From the NCBI RefSeq assembly GCF_044704955.1, contig NC_091992.1, positions 111,910,001 to 111,974,000 on the forward strand: a DNA stretch of 64,000 nucleotides, read 5' to 3'. Position 1 is the stretch's first letter. Each line of letters starts with the position of its first letter. The notes beneath the pieces are model-generated. The model did not search any database, had not been told where the DNA came from, and saw only the letters and a list, made by a program, of their open reading frames with translations. The DNA comes from Pristiophorus japonicus. Its lineage: Eukaryota. Both the position numbers and the translations under genes were made by a program. Below, piece after piece: positions 63,811 through 64,000 of the stretch.

Positions 63811-64000
63811 GAGGGTGGGGAGGGGAGTGGCAAAAAGAAAAAAAGATTCAAATAACTGTCTTCTATTTTTAGTTATTTATGTGTTGAGATTGGGTAAAAG
63901 TGTAACACAGGTATGACACAGTTGATGACATTCCTAATTACTCGTGAAAGCCTCAGGGTGCACATGCCTGACTCTTGATTTGGAATGGGACTGGGAATTT

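Overview
Vertebrate genomic DNA, most likely from a cartilaginous fish (shark); this is inferred from the repeat families present (CR1, L2, RTE, Penelope-like, SacSINE1-like SINEs). Three spliced genes are recoverable, in the order and orientation known from human 17q25.1. CPSF4L (+) has five CCCH-finger exons from 10277 to 25221 and a probable sixth at 26643. C17orf80/MTNAP1 (-) has a large coding exon (48567-50073) plus ATP-synthase-subunit-f-like exons at 45678-45794 and 45385-45413. FAM104A/VCF1 (+) spans 53683-62566 and sits head-to-head with C17orf80 on a CpG island. Introns are dense with transposons, including a two-ORF CR1 LINE flanked by (TG)n, a decayed Ty3/Gypsy element with a nested CR1, a solo LTR, TIR-bounded non-autonomous elements and an orphan C2H2 zinc-finger fragment. 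The most notable observations are: (1) a vestigial zinc-knuckle exon of CPSF4L with a CAG-to-CAA acceptor change; (2) an in-frame TGA inside the conserved C-terminal motif of C17orf80; (3) a G_UUA_AAC -1 frameshift-type heptamer at the CR1 ORF1/ORF2 junction. Exon coordinates were read by hand. Boundaries of old repeats are approximate. No databases were searched.
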